Below, piece by piece: positions 19,440 to 29,887 of a DNA stretch of 64,000 nucleotides. The position numbers were made by a program, and so were the translations under genes. Source of the DNA: Acidimicrobiales bacterium. Lineage in GTDB: Bacteria; Actinomycetota; Acidimicrobiia; Acidimicrobiales; Aldehydirespiratoraceae. Within the stretch, counting starts at the first letter, position 1, and every line of letters starts with the position of its first letter. The notes below the pieces were generated by a model, which was given only the letters and a program-made list of their open reading frames with translations, ran no database searches and was not told where the DNA came from. The stretch is taken from NCBI GenBank assembly GCA_041394245.1, contig JAWKIR010000002.1:2858970-2922969 (forward strand), read 5' to 3'.

Positions 19440-20416
19440 CGCGGGTGTCCCCGTTCCTCGCGACCGAATCGGCTCGCGACAACTTCGTCGAACTCGAGGT
19501 CGGGGTGGGATGGTGGGCCGGCCTTGCCGTGGCGATCGTCGCTCTCCTCGCCATCGACCTCTACCGGCACCGCGAGGATCACGAGCCGACGACCCGCGGC
19601 GCGTTCGTCGAGACGGCGGCCTGGATCACCGTCGGTCTCTCGTTCTCGCTCGTGGTCCTCGCCGGTTTCGGCGGGGCGGCGTTCGGTGAGTACCTGTCGG
19701 GCTACCTGATCGAGAAGTCGCTCAGCATCGACAACGTGTTCGTCTGGTCGATTCTCTTCTCCACCATGGCGATCCCGCTGCGGTTCCAGCACCGGGTGCT
19801 GTTCTGGGGCATCTTCGGCGCGCTGGCACTTCGGCTGGTGTTCATCCTGCTCGGCTCGGCGCTCATCCAACGCTTCGCCTGGATCCTCGTCGTCTTCGGC
19901 ATCTTCCTCGTGGTCACCGGATTTCGGATCATCCGTCACCGTGACGACGAGGGTGAGGACGCGTCGACCGTCGGACTCGGCATCCTGCGACGGATCATGC
20001 CGGTGACCGAGACATTCGACGGTCACAAGTTCTTCACCGTCCACAACGGGATGCGGGCGGCGACGCCGCTGTTCGCCGCGCTCGTGGTGGTGGAGGCGAC
20101 CGACGTGATCTTCGCACTCGACTCGGTCCCCGCGGTTCTCGCCGTCTCCAACGAGTCGTTCATCGTGTTCTCGTCGAACGCGTTCGCCATCCTCGGTCTG
20201 CGGGCCATGTACTTCCTGCTCGCCGATGCGCGTCAACGGTTCCACTATCTCTCGCATGCCCTCGGCGGCATCCTGATCTTCGTGGGTGCCAAGATGGCGG
20301 CGAGCCACTGGTACCACCTCGACACCTACGTCTCGCTGTCGATCATCCTCGGGATGCTCGTCGGAGCGATCGTGTTCAGCGAACGCAAGACCCGTCGCGA
20401 AGCGCTCGTCGGTTGA
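19436..20416 (+). CDS. TerC family integral membrane protein
   Basis: TTG at 19436 (GGAGGG 9 nt upstream, TTGA overlap) or GTG at 19445. EKSLSIDNVFV and LDSVPAVLAVS motifs. Confidence 0.85.
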   Translation: MTRVSPFLATESARDNFVELEVGVGWWAGLAVAIVALLAIDLYRHREDHEPTTRGAFVETAAWITVGLSFSLVVLAGFGGAAFGEYLSGYLIEKSLSIDNVFVWSILFSTMAIPLRFQHRVLFWGIFGALALRLVFILLGSALIQRFAWILVVFGIFLVVTGFRIIRHRDDEGEDASTVGLGILRRIMPVTETFDGHKFFTVHNGMRAATPLFAALVVVEATDVIFALDSVPAVLAVSNESFIVFSSNAFAILGLRAMYFLLADARQRFHYLSHALGGILIFVGAKMAASHWYHLDTYVSLSIILGMLVGAIVFSERKTRREALVG

Positions 20417-20436
20417 GATCCCGCTAGAACGGGGCG

Positions 20437-22068
20437 ATGGTTTCCGCCGGTGCTCCCACCCTCACGCCCCCGTCGAGGTCCGCCCGCCTCGACGAGTTGG
20501 AGGCCGATCGCTTCGACGTGATCGTCGTCGGCGGGGGGATCACGGGGGCCGGTGTCGCCCGTGACGCGGCGGGGCGTGGGCTTCGGGTCGCCCTTCTCGA
20601 GGCCGACGACTTCGCGGCCGGCACGTCGTCGCGGTCTTCCAAGCTGATCCACGGAGGTTTGCGCTACCTGGCCAGCGGCGAGGTCGACCTGGTTCGCAAG
20701 ACGGCACGCGAACGCGCCGCGGTGCACGCCATGGCCCCCCATCTCGCCGAGCCGTGCTGGATGGTGGTGCCGGCCCGCAACCGGGCCGCCGTCACGACCT
20801 TCCGGGCCGGGATCGGTACCTACGAGAAGCTGGGCGGGATCGACGGTGTCGACCGCCACGAAGTCTGGAAGGGCGCCGACATCACGGCCCATGAGCCGCA
20901 TCTGCGCACCGACCCCTACCACTTCGCCGTCGCCTACCGCGAGTACCTGACCGACGATGCCCGGCTGGTGCTCGCCACCCTCCGGGCCGCGGTCGGCACG
21001 GGCGCGGTGGTCGCGAACCGGCTCCCGGTCGTCGGAATGCTCCATGGCCCCGACGGCGTCCGCATCGAGGGTGTCGTCGCCCGTTGTGCCCGCACCGATC
21101 GTGAGGTGAACGTGCGGGGCGCGGTCGTCGTCAATGCGGCGGGGCCCTGGGTCGAGGGGATCGCCCGGATGGAACAGGATCCCCCGGCGACCCCGTTGCA
21201 CCTGTCGAAGGGCGTGCACATCGTCGTGCCGAGGTCCCGCTTCCCGGTCAACCACCTCGTGATCTGCAACACCCGCGACAAGCGGTCGATCTTCGTGATC
21301 CCGCGGGGCGACACCGTCTACATCGGCACGACCGACACCAGCTACTACGGCGACCGTCCCCTCTGGCCCGAGATCGAGCCCGACGATGTCGAGTACCTCC
21401 TCGATCCGATGACCCGCTACTTCGACATCGATCCGCTGACGCCCGACGATGTGATCGCGTCCTGGTCGGGCGTCCGGCCGCTGATCGCCCAGGAAGGCAA
21501 GGAAGCCAAGGAGATGTCGCGCAAGGACGAGATCACGGTGGGGCCGGGCGGGATGATCTCGATCGCCGGCGGCAAGCTCACCGGCTTCCGGCGCCTCGCC
21601 GAGGACGTCATGGACGTCGTCGCCCGCTCCCTCGACCGCCCCTTGGGCGCGGGCCCCGGTCTGGCCCGCGTGCCCGGTGGGGCCCCCGTCGACGCCGATC
21701 CCGATCGTCAGGCGACCCGCCTTCGGCGCCTCTACGGATCGGAGGCCCCCGACGTCCTCGCCCTCGGCGCGGGCCATCTGGTCGACGGTGAGCCGGTCGT
21801 CGTCGGTGAGGTCGACTGGGCGATCGACATGGAGGCGGCGACCACGCTGGTCGACGTCGTCTATCGACGCACGCGGCTCGCCTGGTACGTGCCGGCTCGT
21901 CGTGACGAACTGAGTGCGGCGGTGGCCGCCCGCATGGCGGAGCGCCTGGGTTGGTCGGCCGAGGAGCGGCTCGCCCAGGAAGCGGAGGTGCGCGCCCGGT
22001 TCGCCGATGAGCTGGCCTTTCGCGACGACGACCCATCGGCCCACGGAGAAGACGGAGACCCCACATGA
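20437..22068 (+). CDS. glpD: FAD-dependent glycerol-3-phosphate dehydrogenase
   Basis: DVIVVGGGITGAGVARDAAGRGLRVALLE...SSRSSKLIHGGLRYL, 543 aa. Confidence 0.9.
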   Translation: MVSAGAPTLTPPSRSARLDELEADRFDVIVVGGGITGAGVARDAAGRGLRVALLEADDFAAGTSSRSSKLIHGGLRYLASGEVDLVRKTARERAAVHAMAPHLAEPCWMVVPARNRAAVTTFRAGIGTYEKLGGIDGVDRHEVWKGADITAHEPHLRTDPYHFAVAYREYLTDDARLVLATLRAAVGTGAVVANRLPVVGMLHGPDGVRIEGVVARCARTDREVNVRGAVVVNAAGPWVEGIARMEQDPPATPLHLSKGVHIVVPRSRFPVNHLVICNTRDKRSIFVIPRGDTVYIGTTDTSYYGDRPLWPEIEPDDVEYLLDPMTRYFDIDPLTPDDVIASWSGVRPLIAQEGKEAKEMSRKDEITVGPGGMISIAGGKLTGFRRLAEDVMDVVARSLDRPLGAGPGLARVPGGAPVDADPDRQATRLRRLYGSEAPDVLALGAGHLVDGEPVVVGEVDWAIDMEAATTLVDVVYRRTRLAWYVPARRDELSAAVAARMAERLGWSAEERLAQEAEVRARFADELAFRDDDPSAHGEDGDPT

Positions 22069-23459
22069 GCCTGATCGACGACCTGGGCGCGGTGCTCGGG
22101 AGTGATGCCCTGCTGCTCGACGACGGCGACCGCGCCGCACGCTCGCGCGACACCTGGATGCGCTCGCAGATCCCGCTGTCGGCCGGCGAGACCGTTGCCG
22201 CGCCGGTGGCGGTGGTGGCCCCCGAGTCGACGGCCGAGCTGGCCGAGGCGGTCAAGGTCTGCCGCGCCCACGGCGCCCCGATGATTCCCCGCGGTGGCGG
22301 GTCGGGTGTGGTCGGTGGGGTGCTGGCGTCGGCCGATTCGGTGGTGCTGTCGACCGAACGCATGGCCGGACTCCGAGGGCTCTCGTCGACCGACCTCACC
22401 GCCACGTTCGGTGCCGGCACCAACGGTCTCGCCGCCGAGGAGCGGGTGCAGCAGGAAGGCCTCACCATCGGGCACTGGCCCCAGTCGATCGAGCTGTCGA
22501 CGGTCGGCGGCTGGGTGGCGACCAGGGCATCGGGCCAGTATTCGACGGCCTACGGCAACATCGAGGACGTCGTCCTGTCGCTCGAAGCGGTGCTGGCCGA
22601 CGGCACCGTCTACCGGGGCCGCGACACGCCTCGCGCATCGGCCGGCCCCGACCTGCGGCAGCTGCTGTTGGGTTCGGAAGGGACGCTCGGCATCGTGACC
22701 GAGGTGACGTTGTCGCTGCGGGAGCAGCCCGAACCGGGTGTGCGCCAGGCGTTCCACTTCACCGAGTTCTCACAGGGGCTCGACGCCATTCGCCGTGTGA
22801 TGCGGGCGGGCTGGCGTCCGCCGGTCGTGCGTCTCTACGACGGTCGCGAGTCGTGGCGCCACTTCCGTGACCAGATGCCCAAGGGCCACTCGATGCTGAT
22901 CTTCCTCCACGAGGGCCCCCCGGGACTCGCTCCCCTCGAGGCCGAGGCGGTCGCCGGGATCTGCACCGCCGGTGGCGGCGCAGCAGCCTCGGTGGAAGCG
23001 GTCGACGCGTGGTTCGCCCATCGCAACACGGTGCCGAGCTGGGACGAGTTGCTGACATCAGGGGTCGTCGCCGACACCATCGAGGTCGCCACCGACTGGT
23101 CCCGACTTCCAGCTCTCTACGACGCCGTCGTCGACGCCCTCAACGACGTGCCCGGCGTGGTGGCCGCATCGGCGCACTCGTCGCACGCCTATCGCTCGGG
23201 GGCCAATCTCTACTTCACGCTCGCGGCGACGCCCGGCGACGCCACCGAGTACGCCGCGACCTACGACGCCTGCTGGGACGCAGCGATGCGGGCGGCCGAC
23301 GGCCTCGGTGCCGGCCTCGCGCACCACCACGGCATCGGGCGCGTGCGGCGCGACTGGATGCAGGCCGAGATCGGCGCTGGTGGGGTGTCGATGCTGCGGG
23401 CCGTGAAGTCGGCCCTCGATCCCGATGGCCTGCTCAACCCGGGCGTGCTGATCCCGTGA
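22065..23459 (+). CDS. FAD-linked oxidase (GlcD / alkyl-DHAP-synthase-like)
   Basis: ATGA overlap with glpD. PRGGGSGVVGG FAD_binding_4-type motif. C-terminal HHHGIG...LDPDGLLNPG. Confidence 0.85.
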   Translation: MSLIDDLGAVLGSDALLLDDGDRAARSRDTWMRSQIPLSAGETVAAPVAVVAPESTAELAEAVKVCRAHGAPMIPRGGGSGVVGGVLASADSVVLSTERMAGLRGLSSTDLTATFGAGTNGLAAEERVQQEGLTIGHWPQSIELSTVGGWVATRASGQYSTAYGNIEDVVLSLEAVLADGTVYRGRDTPRASAGPDLRQLLLGSEGTLGIVTEVTLSLREQPEPGVRQAFHFTEFSQGLDAIRRVMRAGWRPPVVRLYDGRESWRHFRDQMPKGHSMLIFLHEGPPGLAPLEAEAVAGICTAGGGAAASVEAVDAWFAHRNTVPSWDELLTSGVVADTIEVATDWSRLPALYDAVVDALNDVPGVVAASAHSSHAYRSGANLYFTLAATPGDATEYAATYDACWDAAMRAADGLGAGLAHHHGIGRVRRDWMQAEIGAGGVSMLRAVKSALDPDGLLNPGVLIP

Positions 23460-24793
23460 ACGCGCGCAGTGGGCGGAGCGGTCGGCTGGTCGCCGGGCTC
23501 GATGTCGGCACGACGACGATCCGGTTCGGTCTGTTCGATCCGGCGTCGGGCGAACGGGTGGCCATCGCCCGCGAGACCCTCGACCTGTCGGTGCCGTTCG
23601 CCGGCGCGGTCGAACAGGATCCGGCTGCCTTCGTCGCGGCGACGCAGCGGCTGTGGGGATCGGTCCTCGCCGATGCCGGCGTGGTCGCCGGCGACGTCGG
23701 CGCGCTGGGCATCGCCAACCAGCGGGCGACGATCGTGTGCTGGTCGTCGGTCGACGGGCGGGCCATTCGGCCCGCGGTCGGCTGGCAGGACGCCCGCAGC
23801 GCCGGGGCCGTCGCCGAGCTGGTCGCCCAGGGGATTCCGGTCAACACCGCCGCGTCGTGCACGAAGATGCGCTGGCTGCTCGACAACGACCCGGCCGTCG
23901 CAGCGGCGGCGGCCGACGGCACCTTGCGGATGGGCACCGTCGATTCATGGATGACCTGGGCGCTGTCGGATGGGCAATCCTTCGTGACCGATCCCGGTAA
24001 CGCGGCGGCCACCGGGATGTACGACCCCCGGGTCGGTGATTGGTCCGACGGCGCGCTCGAGCTCTTCGGGGTGCCACGAGCACCCCTGGCCGAGATCGTC
24101 GCGTCCGATGCCGATGCCGGCGCAGCCGTTCTCCTCGATCCGGCCGGTGGCATCGCCCTCACTGCCCGCGTCGGTGATCAGATGGCGGCCTGCGCGGCCC
24201 ACCGGCTTGCCGAGGGTGAGGCGAAGATCACGCTCGGCACCTCGGCGATGCTCGACGTGCACGCGGGGCCCGAACCCGGCACGGCCCCGGTTGGCTGCTA
24301 CACGCTTCCGTTGTGGCGACGCACACCGACCGGCGGCGCCGCGCCGGTCGAGGAGTTCATGTTCGAAGGCTCGATCACCACGGCGGGCAGCGTGGTCGAA
24401 TGGCTCGTGCGCATCGGGATGCTCGACCGGGTCGACGCGCTCGACGCCGTTGCGTCGGAGGGGCGCCCGGGCGCAGTGCGGTTCGTGCCCGCGCTCGCCG
24501 GTCTCGGGTCGCCGCATCACGACCCGGGGGCTCGGGGTGAATGGACGGGGCTCGCCCTCGACACCACCCGACCCGACATGGTGCGGGCCGTGGTCGAGGG
24601 CATCGCCGACCGGGTCGCCGAGCTCGCGGTGCACATGGGGGTGCCGTCGCTCGCCGTCGACGGCGGATTGAGTCGCTCGCAGGTGATGGTCGACGCGCTG
24701 GAGCATCGGGGTCTCCACATCCGGCGGGCCGCCGACGACGAGGCGAGCCTGCGCGGCGCGGCCGAGATCGCCGCGTCGGCGCTCAGTCGATGA
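23456..24793 (+). CDS. FGGY-family carbohydrate kinase (glycerol-kinase-like)
   Basis: GTG at 23456 (GTGA overlap). GLDVGTTTIRFGLFD...NQRATIVCW...GDQMAA. The track ORF 23009 start is an over-extension. Confidence 0.8.
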   Translation: MNARSGRSGRLVAGLDVGTTTIRFGLFDPASGERVAIARETLDLSVPFAGAVEQDPAAFVAATQRLWGSVLADAGVVAGDVGALGIANQRATIVCWSSVDGRAIRPAVGWQDARSAGAVAELVAQGIPVNTAASCTKMRWLLDNDPAVAAAAADGTLRMGTVDSWMTWALSDGQSFVTDPGNAAATGMYDPRVGDWSDGALELFGVPRAPLAEIVASDADAGAAVLLDPAGGIALTARVGDQMAACAAHRLAEGEAKITLGTSAMLDVHAGPEPGTAPVGCYTLPLWRRTPTGGAAPVEEFMFEGSITTAGSVVEWLVRIGMLDRVDALDAVASEGRPGAVRFVPALAGLGSPHHDPGARGEWTGLALDTTRPDMVRAVVEGIADRVAELAVHMGVPSLAVDGGLSRSQVMVDALEHRGLHIRRAADDEASLRGAAEIAASALSR

Positions 24794-25655
24794 CCGCCTG
24801 AAGGCCGATGACGGGGAGGTCGACCGACGTGGTCAGGCTGACGGTGCCCCACACCACCCAGGATCCGGCGGTGCGGTCGGTCCGCTGCCAGATCGTCCAG
24901 CTGGCGGTCGCCGATATCGGCCCCGGGTCGGAGGGTGATGGCGCGCGGGTGAAGGTGTGGATGCAGCGACTGTGCTGGTCGTCGGGTCCGGTCGGGTCCC
25001 ATCGGGTCGTCGCGTCGTCGGTGCAGACGAGGCGGGCGCCATCGCCGAGATCCCAGGTGACGTCGCGAAAGACCGGGCGCACCGTCGCCCACACCGGGCC
25101 GGCCTGCGCCGACGCGGGGGCGTAGTCGAGTTCGCTGTCGACCGCGAACCACGAGGGAATGCCGACGATCTGGATACCGGCGGGCGAGGTCACGACCGAC
25201 GGACGCTCGAACTCGATGCTGTCGAGTGCGTACCGGGCGGCTACCGGGGTGGTGATCAGCGGACCGGGAGGATCGACGATCGGGTCGTAGACGGCAACGA
25301 GCGGGTAGCCCGGGTAGCGGTCGTCCCACGGGTCGACGAACCAGCAGTTGTAGACGTAGGTGGCACCGACCTCGGGGTCGGCGATGCGCACCGCGTCGAG
25401 GGTGGTTCCGCCGATGACGAGCGTGAACCACGCGCAGTGGATGCGGGGGCCGTCGTAGGGGGCGCCGGGGGTGTCGGTCAGCTCGAGGGTTCCGGGTGCC
25501 GCGGCGGTGACCACCAGCGTGTTGTCGCTCCATTCCGTCGTCGTCTCCGACGGTGGCGGGTCGTCCTGGGCGGCCGCACCGCGCTCGGTCGGGACGAGCA
25601 CGCCGATCAACCCGACCAGTACCAGTGGGAGGAGAGCGGTGCGATGTCGGTGCAC
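24783..25655 (-). CDS. Secreted hypothetical protein
   Basis: GTG start with GGAGGA 6 nt upstream. Signal peptide RTALLPLVLVGLIGVLV. No recognised domain. Confidence 0.6.
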   Translation of the reverse strand: MHRHRTALLPLVLVGLIGVLVPTERGAAAQDDPPPSETTTEWSDNTLVVTAAAPGTLELTDTPGAPYDGPRIHCAWFTLVIGGTTLDAVRIADPEVGATYVYNCWFVDPWDDRYPGYPLVAVYDPIVDPPGPLITTPVAARYALDSIEFERPSVVTSPAGIQIVGIPSWFAVDSELDYAPASAQAGPVWATVRPVFRDVTWDLGDGARLVCTDDATTRWDPTGPDDQHSRCIHTFTRAPSPSDPGPISATASWTIWQRTDRTAGSWVVWGTVSLTTSVDLPVIGLQAVID

Positions 25656-25695
25656 GGTGGATCCTCCGTGGTCGGCCGTGGTGGGCTGCGTGGTG

Positions 25696-27858
25696 CTACA
25701 TCCGGGTCAACGCCTCCAGGATGCTGGCGCGACTCCAACTTGCATGGTGGTATCGCAAGCCTGCCACGTCAAGGCCTTGGCTGGTGCGGTGGCCGCAATG
25801 GGTCCAGATGAGTACGACCAGGTCGCGGTCGGGGTCGACGGCGCCGGCCCAGTCGAGCGACGGTGGCTTCTTGCGCTCGCTCTCGTGCCATCGCAGATCC
25901 TTCAGCCCGAGATCGGTCGCGAGGCGCTCGGCCCAGGGTTGACGACGGCCGCCCACGATGTGGAGGACCTTCCCCTGTACCGTCGATCGCAGCCTCGACG
26001 CCACGTCCCCGTCCCGTTTCTCGCGCCACTCCTGGAAGTCGACGAGCTCGTCGAGCACCGTCCGGAGCCGCTCGACCGCGGTGTCGACCGCCTCGTCGGC
26101 ACCGGCGGGCCAGCGCTCGCGAAGGGTGAACGCCAACTCGGTGGAGATGTCGGGATCGCCGAGCCCGGCGCTCTCCGCGGCGGCTTCGAGGAGGAGATCG
26201 CGGGCGATCGGAAGCGTCTCGTCCTGCTCGAAGAACAGGCGGGCGGTCGCGATCCGGAGCCGCACCTGGTCGAGGCGGGGCAAGAGCGAGCGGCCCCGTT
26301 CACCGAGCTCGAGGACGTCGTCGAGCTCCCCGGCATCGATGTGGTTCTCGATCGCTTCGCGCAGGTAGGGCGCCAGCGCCGCGGCGTTGATGTCCCAGGT
26401 GAGAATCTCCCGCAACGCGTCGTCGGGCATGCGGTGTGGGTCCGGCCAACGGGTGAGGGCGCGATCGAGCCAGGCGTCGGGGTCGGCGGGTGCACATTCG
26501 CGAGCGACGCGCAGCGCGAGATCGTCTCGCAATCGCAGGAACACCGATGGCAGCAGCCGGTCGAGCACCTCCTTGCCGGCCAGCTCGTCGAGGATGACCT
26601 CGGCGATCTCCCTCACCGCGCCATCGGGAAGGCGGGGGAGCTCGGCTGCGAGACGAGCCACGTTGGACTCGACTCCGAGGTCGATCTCGCGCAGCAGCGC
26701 GGCGACCTGTGTCGGAATGCTGAAGTGCAGGCCGGCACTGAGTCGTCGAAAGGCATCGCCGGTGCGGAACCGCGCCGGGTCGTCGAGCAGATCGATGACC
26801 ACCTGGTAGTCGCCGATGTCGTAGGCGGCTTCGGCGGTCATCGATCGGACCACTGCGTCGTCGGGGGCGAGCGGGAGGATGTGGTCCTGGAGGAGGTTGA
26901 GCCACTGGGCGGGCTCGATGGCGTCGAGTCGTCGCAGGCGTTCGGCCAGTGCCTGCACCAGCGCCGGATCGGTGGCGACCGGCGCCGGCAACGCCGCGGC
27001 TTCGGCGGACGGGGTCGGCGCCGCCGGGAGCCTCGGCGGGGGAGGCGGTGAAGGAGCGGGAGCGGCGGCCTTGTGCGCATCGATCGCGAACGTGATCCGT
27101 GTCGAGAGCAGGGGCTCGGGCACGAAGGCCATGTCGATCGTGTGGGTGCCGGCGGCGAGTGGGCGGACGGGCACGTGGAGATAGTCGTCGTGGTCGGCGC
27201 GCTCCTTCTCGATTCCACCGACGACGGCGCCGGGCGGATTGGAGTCGACGAGGACGGAGTGGACGTGGTCGTCGCCGCCGGGGGAGTGGACCTCGATCAC
27301 CGCGTTGGCGATCTCGCCGAGTTCGAGGCTGCGCTCGCGAACCTCGTGGCCGTGCGGATCGAGCACACGCACCAGACGGGCGAAGTTCGATTCGGCGTAG
27401 AACTGGTTACCCCGGAGGCGATGGACGACGTGGCGCCACGCCTCGCGCAACTCGTGGTCCGACCGTGGCGGCCGCAGCCCCTCGGCCGGCGCCCGCCAGG
27501 CGAAGTAGGGCGGCTGGGTCGGGTGCGGGCGCAAGGGCGCGATCAGTGCGTCGTCGTCCTCCACGACCGGCCATGGCCCGACCTTGATCGTGACCTGGAG
27601 CCCGTTGCGGGTTCGTTCGGCCGCGGTGATCGAGGCGTAACGGGCGGGGTCGACCTGGCTGTACGGGGAGTCCGACAGGATCACGATGGCACCTTCGCCG
27701 ACCTCCACGTCGAGCCCGGGGGCCAGCCATCGTTCGGCGTAGACGATGTCGAACTCGGTGCCTTCGGGTGCGGAGACGAGCGCGACGTTCTGTTGTCGGT
27801 ACTGCAGGATCCGTCCTGCCTTGAGCAGGTGGAGCAGCTGTGGTGCCTCGTCCGCCAT
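25696..27858 (-). CDS. Large uncharacterised protein (720 aa) with Pro-rich linker, helical repeats and a DUF2325-like C-terminal domain
   Basis: The C-terminus KVLHIVGGRRQPW...DRDLVVLIWTHCGHRTSQ fits the recalled DUF2325 pattern. N-terminal 270 aa unrecognised. Its ATG shares a CCATGG with a divergent ATG. Confidence 0.65.
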   Translation of the reverse strand: MADEAPQLLHLLKAGRILQYRQQNVALVSAPEGTEFDIVYAERWLAPGLDVEVGEGAIVILSDSPYSQVDPARYASITAAERTRNGLQVTIKVGPWPVVEDDDALIAPLRPHPTQPPYFAWRAPAEGLRPPRSDHELREAWRHVVHRLRGNQFYAESNFARLVRVLDPHGHEVRERSLELGEIANAVIEVHSPGGDDHVHSVLVDSNPPGAVVGGIEKERADHDDYLHVPVRPLAAGTHTIDMAFVPEPLLSTRITFAIDAHKAAAPAPSPPPPPRLPAAPTPSAEAAALPAPVATDPALVQALAERLRRLDAIEPAQWLNLLQDHILPLAPDDAVVRSMTAEAAYDIGDYQVVIDLLDDPARFRTGDAFRRLSAGLHFSIPTQVAALLREIDLGVESNVARLAAELPRLPDGAVREIAEVILDELAGKEVLDRLLPSVFLRLRDDLALRVARECAPADPDAWLDRALTRWPDPHRMPDDALREILTWDINAAALAPYLREAIENHIDAGELDDVLELGERGRSLLPRLDQVRLRIATARLFFEQDETLPIARDLLLEAAAESAGLGDPDISTELAFTLRERWPAGADEAVDTAVERLRTVLDELVDFQEWREKRDGDVASRLRSTVQGKVLHIVGGRRQPWAERLATDLGLKDLRWHESERKKPPSLDWAGAVDPDRDLVVLIWTHCGHRTSQGLDVAGLRYHHASWSRASILEALTRM

Positions 27859-27913
27859 GGCGGGAGGATACGGCTGGTCGCCCCGGGAGACCAGCGAGTC
27901 GTACGCTGCACGG

Positions 27914-29044
27914 ATGGCTCGCTATCGACGTCGTCGGCCCAAGTCGGTTCGAGAGGTACTCGACGGTCTGGGCTTCGATCCCGAGACGATCGAGGAGGCC
28001 GAGGAGACCGGCACCGCCGAGTTGCTCGCGATCGACGGCCTGGTGCTCCCCGAACGAGGGAAGCTGACGCTGGCCGAACTCGCCGACAAGGTCGGTGCGG
28101 AGCCCGCCGCGGTGCGAGTGCTCTGGCGCAGCCTCGGCTTCGTCGAACCGGTCGAGGACGACCCGATGTTCACCAAGACCGATGTCCGGATCCTGCGCAA
28201 CCTGATCGGCCTCACGAAGGCCGGGGCCGTACGTCCGGCGGTCGCGCTGCAGCTCGGGCGGGTCCTCGGGCAGGCGATGTCGCAGGTGGCGACGGCGGTT
28301 GTCGATGCGACCGAGGCCCAGGCCGCCGAGGCTCGCGACAGCGATGACGAAGCCGAATCCCCCTTCGCGGCCAGTGCCGGTGAGATCCTCCCGTTCCTGT
28401 CCGACGCGGTCGACTACACGTTTCGACGTCACCTCAGGGCCGCCGCTCGACGTCGCGTCGATCTGGCGATGCTCGTCGAGGGCACCGGCCAGGTCGTCGG
28501 CTTCGCCGACCTCGTCCGGTTCACCGAGCTCAGCATGCAACTCGCCGACGACGAGCTGGCCGAGGTCGTGGGCCGCTTCGACGACCTGGTCCATCAGGTG
28601 GTCGTCGAACACGACGGCCGCATCGTCAAGATGATCGGCGACGCGGCGATGTTCACGGTCGTCGATCCGGTGCAGGGCGCGATGATCGCGCTGGAGATGG
28701 CGGAGGCCGTTGCCGCCGAGGACGCCCTGGGAAGCGTGCGAATCGGTATGGCCTACGGGCCGATCCTGACGCGTGACGGTGATCTCTACGGGCCGGTCGT
28801 CAATCTCGCGAGTCGGCTGGTGGGAGTCGGCCGTGCCGGTGCGGTCAACGTGAGCCACGAGTTGCGCGACGCGATCGGCAGCGACCACCGGTTCGCACTG
28901 CGCAGCCTCGGGCCCAAACCGCTCAAGGGCATCGGGGATGCGCGGGTGTATCGCCTGCGTCCGGGTGAGGACTGGGGACTCGATCTACGGACGAGCGCTC
29001 CAGCCGCGGCCGCCGAGATCGCGGATCAGCTCCATCATCCGTGA
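27914..29044 (+). CDS. Class III adenylate cyclase with Rv1264-like N-terminal regulatory domain
   Basis: ATG at 27914 (alternative 27857). Catalytic FADLVRFT...KMIGDAAM...GPVVNLASRL. The N-terminal helical domain resembles the Rv1264/Rv2212 architecture. Confidence 0.8.
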   Translation: MARYRRRRPKSVREVLDGLGFDPETIEEAEETGTAELLAIDGLVLPERGKLTLAELADKVGAEPAAVRVLWRSLGFVEPVEDDPMFTKTDVRILRNLIGLTKAGAVRPAVALQLGRVLGQAMSQVATAVVDATEAQAAEARDSDDEAESPFAASAGEILPFLSDAVDYTFRRHLRAAARRRVDLAMLVEGTGQVVGFADLVRFTELSMQLADDELAEVVGRFDDLVHQVVVEHDGRIVKMIGDAAMFTVVDPVQGAMIALEMAEAVAAEDALGSVRIGMAYGPILTRDGDLYGPVVNLASRLVGVGRAGAVNVSHELRDAIGSDHRFALRSLGPKPLKGIGDARVYRLRPGEDWGLDLRTSAPAAAAEIADQLHHP

Positions 29045-29887
29045 CGGGTCGCCGCTGGTCCCCGCGATGATCCGCTTGCGGATCGCCGACGAAACGGTGT
29101 CGATGAACACCACCACGGCGATGGTGATGATGAGCACGGCGCCGACCTGGGGGAAGTTGCGGAAGTTGAGCTGTGCGATCAGCTCCGAGCCGACGCCGCC
29201 GGCCCCGATCATGCCGAGCACGGCGGAGGCGCGGACGTTGATCTCGAAGCGGAACAGCCAGTAGCTGGTGATCTGCGGCATCACCTGGGGCAGCACGCCC
29301 CAGCGGACCCGTGAGACGAATGTGCCGCCGCAGGCCTCGACGGCCTCGACGGGACCGTGGTCGGACGACTCGATCTCCTCGCTCGAGAGCTTGCCCAGCG
29401 TGCCGATCGAGTGGAGCCCGATGGCGAGGGCGCCGGCCCACGGGCCGAGGGGCACGACCCCGAGGAGCACGACGGCGACGATCAGTTCGGGTACGGCCCT
29501 GATCACGTTGAACAGCTGGCGAATGGGCAGACGAACGAAACTCGGCGAGACGTTGTTCGACGCGAGGAACGCGAGTGGCAGCGACAGCGTTGCCGCGATG
29601 ACGGTGCCGACCCACGCGATGTAGACCGACTCGAGGACCTTGCCGAGCACGCCCCGGTCGATCTCCGTGGCGAAATCGGGTGGCCACATCAGGCGGATGA
29701 TCGCCCACGCATCGCCGGGGGCGGTGCGGAGCCGGGTCCAGGATGCGTCGAGTCCCGAGACGCCCCAGACGAAGGCCAAGCCGATCACCACAACCATCGC
29801 GAGGCGGAAGACCTGCGACCCACGCGGGGGAGCGGGTCGGGTGCGGGCCGCGGTGTCGGCCTGATCGGGCGGAATCGTCGCCGTCAT
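28985..29887 (-). CDS. phnE: Phosphonate ABC transporter permease
   Basis: Start ATG at 29887 (TGATG junction with the upstream permease). EAVEACGG...RWGVLPQV and NVRASAVLGMIGAGGVG motifs. Confidence 0.85.
   Translation of the reverse strand: MTATIPPDQADTAARTRPAPPRGSQVFRLAMVVVIGLAFVWGVSGLDASWTRLRTAPGDAWAIIRLMWPPDFATEIDRGVLGKVLESVYIAWVGTVIAATLSLPLAFLASNNVSPSFVRLPIRQLFNVIRAVPELIVAVVLLGVVPLGPWAGALAIGLHSIGTLGKLSSEEIESSDHGPVEAVEACGGTFVSRVRWGVLPQVMPQITSYWLFRFEINVRASAVLGMIGAGGVGSELIAQLNFRNFPQVGAVLIITIAVVVFIDTVSSAIRKRIIAGTSGDPSRMMELIRDLGGRGWSARP

Noticed and set aside
20326-22140. Minus-strand ORF of 604 aa opposite glpD
   Set aside because: Shadow of a strongly recognisable GlpD.
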